From positions 1-36,899 of IMG/VR virus record IMGVR_UViG_3300035396_000833: a stretch of DNA of 36,899 nt; one strand, written 5' to 3'. The notes below the pieces were generated by a model. It was not told the origin of the DNA. It ran no database searches and was given only the letters and a program-made list of their open reading frames with translations. This document shows positions 34,562 through 36,899 of this stretch, piece after piece. Source of the stretch: a virus (lineage: Duplodnaviria; Caudoviricetes). How positions within the stretch are numbered: position 1 is the first letter of the stretch; every line of letters starts with the position of its first letter. The position numbers and the translations under genes are program-made.

Positions 34562-35163
34562 AACGCTACGGGCTTGCAACAGTTTTACTGTTTTTAATCC
34601 TTAAAGAATCAATCGCATTTTACAAGGGCAGAATTAAAAAATCGGACAGCACAGAGGATAAATTTGTTAAAGCTCTAACGGATAATTTAAATAATGGTTT
34701 AGACAAGATCAATAGCACTTTGCAGGAAATCAAGTTTATTGCCTGTAAAACCACTTTGGCAAAACATGAAGTTATGCAGATCGTTGGGGATAAGTTTCAA
34801 ATCCATATCCGTAAAAAGCAGACCGTTTTAAACGATATTTTAGAGAAAAATAACCTCAAAACTAGGCGTTGTCAAATTGAGCAGCGAATTTCAACGGAGT
34901 TTAGAGAAATTACACGCCAGGAGTGCTCGGAGATGAATGTTTTCAATACCAAAATTGGAGCCGTGGGAACTATTATCATGGATATGATTGACTGGGAAAA
35001 ATTCTTGTCTGCTATCAATGAAATTGTTTTTAGTGATGACGAGAAGAAAACCAAGTTAAGAGATACCGAAACACTGATGAATAGTTATGTAAGCGAGATC
35101 AAGGGCAAGATTGAAGAAATGATGGTTATTAGAGAACGCAACACAGAAAGCTTTATTGAATAA
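34549..35163 (+). CDS. Putative holin / single-TM lysis protein
   Basis: N-terminal TM segment then helical soluble domain; upstream of the endolysin. Confidence 0.5.
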   Translation: MDNIERYGLATVLLFLILKESIAFYKGRIKKSDSTEDKFVKALTDNLNNGLDKINSTLQEIKFIACKTTLAKHEVMQIVGDKFQIHIRKKQTVLNDILEKNNLKTRRCQIEQRISTEFREITRQECSEMNVFNTKIGAVGTIIMDMIDWEKFLSAINEIVFSDDEKKTKLRDTETLMNSYVSEIKGKIEEMMVIRERNTESFIE

Positions 35164-35166
35164 ATC

Positions 35167-35259
35167 GTAGGGGCGATCCGGTGGATCGCCCGAACCAAAC
35201 CAACGCCCGAATATGTGATCTGAGTGCGCAAGGGGTTGCAACCCCTTGTTCAGTGATGG
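35167..35259. repeat. GATCC-type REP (35167-35191) plus CAAGGGG palindrome (35229-35248)
   Basis: GTAGGGGCGATCCGGTGGATCGCCC; 35229-35259 is identical to 22138-22168. Confidence 0.85.
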
Positions 35260-35369
35260 TGATGGTGATGGCGGTGGAGCTTTCCGACATATCCGACAAT
35301 GTTTTTGTTTTTATGCTTTGTATATTATATTTGTATTTTAGAGAATATAATTAAATCAAAGGTTTAGCA

Positions 35370-35759
35370 ATGAAAATGATTTCAGACCATTTCTCTTATA
35401 ATGAGATGACCGCAACTACAAAGAAGCTTTTGAATATTCCAAAGTTTAATGACGAGGTTAATTTGATTCATCTTTGTCATGATGTTTTGGAGCTGGTGCG
35501 TGCTTTGCTTGGCGTTCCTATGATTATTAGTTCAGGCTTTAGATGTGAGGCTGTTAATGATGCTGTTGGCGGTGCTGATCATAGTCCGCATTTAGATGGC
35601 TTAGCTGCTGATTTTTGCCCAAATGGCGTGCGCTTAAACGATGCTTATATTTTAATTAAAAGCTCAAAGATTCCGTTTGATACGCTGATTTTAGAACCAG
35701 GCTGGTTACATATTTCAGCGAGTAAAGGCGTGCCTAGACGAAAGGCTTGGATAGCGTGA
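35370..35759 (+). CDS. Endolysin, peptidase M15A family
   Basis: ISSGFRC..VN.AVGG...S.H..G.AAD and WLHIS. Confidence 0.9.
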   Translation: MKMISDHFSYNEMTATTKKLLNIPKFNDEVNLIHLCHDVLELVRALLGVPMIISSGFRCEAVNDAVGGADHSPHLDGLAADFCPNGVRLNDAYILIKSSKIPFDTLILEPGWLHISASKGVPRRKAWIA

Positions 35760-36103
35760 AATTTTATAACCTGATATATCCAAAGGGTTGTAAAAAATCG
35801 GCTGCATATCTTGCCAGTAATGGTTGCGGTGCGGACGGGGCTTTGTTTGACTTAGTGCCGGATAATTTCCTTGGCGTTGATATATCGGAACCCTGTAAAA
35901 TTCATGATTACTGTTATTTTATCGGTGGCACGGAAAAGGACAGAGAGTTAGCCGACAGAATGTTTAGAAGTAACCTTAGGACTTGTGTGCTAAATGATGA
36001 TAATTTAATCTTCAGAGATACTAATTTAAAATTATGCGAGCTGTACTATATCGCTGTTCGACGGTTTGGAATGTCAAATTTCAATTATAATGATAAATCG
36101 TAG
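35747..36103 (+). CDS. Phospholipase A2-like (DUF1353-related) protein
   Basis: NGCG...C.IHD.CY......AD..F......YY.AVR.FG. Confidence 0.7.
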   Translation: MDSVKFYNLIYPKGCKKSAAYLASNGCGADGALFDLVPDNFLGVDISEPCKIHDYCYFIGGTEKDRELADRMFRSNLRTCVLNDDNLIFRDTNLKLCELYYIAVRRFGMSNFNYNDKS

Positions 36104-36128
36104 GGGCGATCCACCGGATCTCCCCTAC
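36100..36128. repeat. Double-ended GTAG REP supplying the upstream stop codon
   Basis: GTAGGGGCGATCCACCGGATCTCCCCTAC; TAG at 36101-36103 is the stop. Confidence 0.85.
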
Positions 36129-36157
36129 GGTTAAATAAATAAAATGGAGAAAACAAA

Positions 36158-36793
36158 ATGAAAAAATACCTGTTATCACTGTTACTAATGTTCGCGGTGT
36201 TTGCGTTCGCCCAAGCTGCCGGTGATGCCGGAGCTAACACAACTGCCGGCGTTGGCGCAACTACCACAACCACAACCGGTACTACTGGTGGAACACCTGG
36301 TGGACAAACGATTGAAACCACTGCTGCAACTCTCAAAGAGTTAGAAGACCTTAGGAAAGCCGTTGCTGATCAAAAAAAAGAATTAGACGACCAGAAAACC
36401 GCTGCCGAGTTGGCGAAACTTAGCGAGGTTGACAGAGCAAAAGCCTTGCTTGATAATGAGCGAAAAGCGCTTGATTCTGATAGACAGAAACTAACTCTTG
36501 ATAAAAATAATGTGTTTGCCAAATCTGTTTTGTTGAGTGAAAATATTAATATTGGTGGTGAATTTCTACCATACCTGAATATTACCGCTGCCGACAAAGA
36601 ACCGGATATTACCACTAGAGCAACAAACCTCAAATCCGCCCTTGACGCTTATGTTAAGAAATTCATTGATGACAAGACTGGAAATTTTGACCCGGCTAAA
36701 AAGGGCGGTAGTACTAATGATACCGTTGCTGCTTATGCTGCTAAACTGGTTGGCAAGGGTGAGGTTAAAGACAACCCTTATTTCAAATTATAA
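36158..36793 (+). CDS. Capsid scaffolding protein with hydrophobic N-terminal leader
   Basis: G/T-rich linker and charged coiled coil (AKLSE.DRAK); precedes decoration and capsid genes across the circular junction. Confidence 0.75.
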   Translation: MKKYLLSLLLMFAVFAFAQAAGDAGANTTAGVGATTTTTTGTTGGTPGGQTIETTAATLKELEDLRKAVADQKKELDDQKTAAELAKLSEVDRAKALLDNERKALDSDRQKLTLDKNNVFAKSVLLSENINIGGEFLPYLNITAADKEPDITTRATNLKSALDAYVKKFIDDKTGNFDPAKKGGSTNDTVAAYAAKLVGKGEVKDNPYFKL

Positions 36794-36899
36794 TTAACCC
36801 GTAGGGGCGTAATGCTTACGCCCGACAACACAAACCTCGATGACAACACAAACATCATCAACAACATAATTTTACCAGACAATAACCACCAGATTCAAC
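36759..36899. repeat. Terminal direct repeat, right copy
   Basis: Identical to 1-141. Confidence 0.95.

Noticed and set aside
36759-36899. 141-bp terminal repeat as a biological DTR
   Set aside because: It starts mid-gene and its length matches a common assembler k-mer (141), so it is best read as circular overlap.

Overview
This window is an apparently complete, circularly assembled temperate tailed-phage genome with siphovirus-like gene content. It has about 36,758 unique bp, and bases 1-141 recur at 36759-36899. Gene order: head decoration/major capsid/neck/tail with a -1 frameshifted tail chaperone and tape measure (0.2-10.4 kb); putative attP and tyrosine integrase (10.4-11.8 kb); a minus-strand lysogeny/accessory block (11.8-16.1 kb); an early operon with antirepressor, AAA ATPase, RecT, exonuclease, iteron origin, DnaQ-like and VRR-NUC genes (16.4-26.6 kb); terminase, portal and MuF-peptidase (27-32 kb); fibre/receptor-binding genes, lysis genes and scaffold (32.2-36.8 kb). 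Five things stand out. (1) A cassette array lies behind an XRE repressor, and each cassette junction is a leftover copy of a repressor 3' end; it carries two small-ORF+DUF2335-like modules and a RelE-type toxin-antitoxin (TA) pair. (2) The repressor/promoter/operator unit is duplicated. (3) A stand-alone accessory protein resembles the C-terminal motif of the phage's own tape measure protein. (4) Intergenic spaces are densely colonised by at least three families of REP-like palindromes, with no transposase on the phage. (5) A MuF protein has a C-terminal HExxH domain followed by a candidate immunity gene. All protein calls come from motifs recognised by eye and from synteny; no searches were run.
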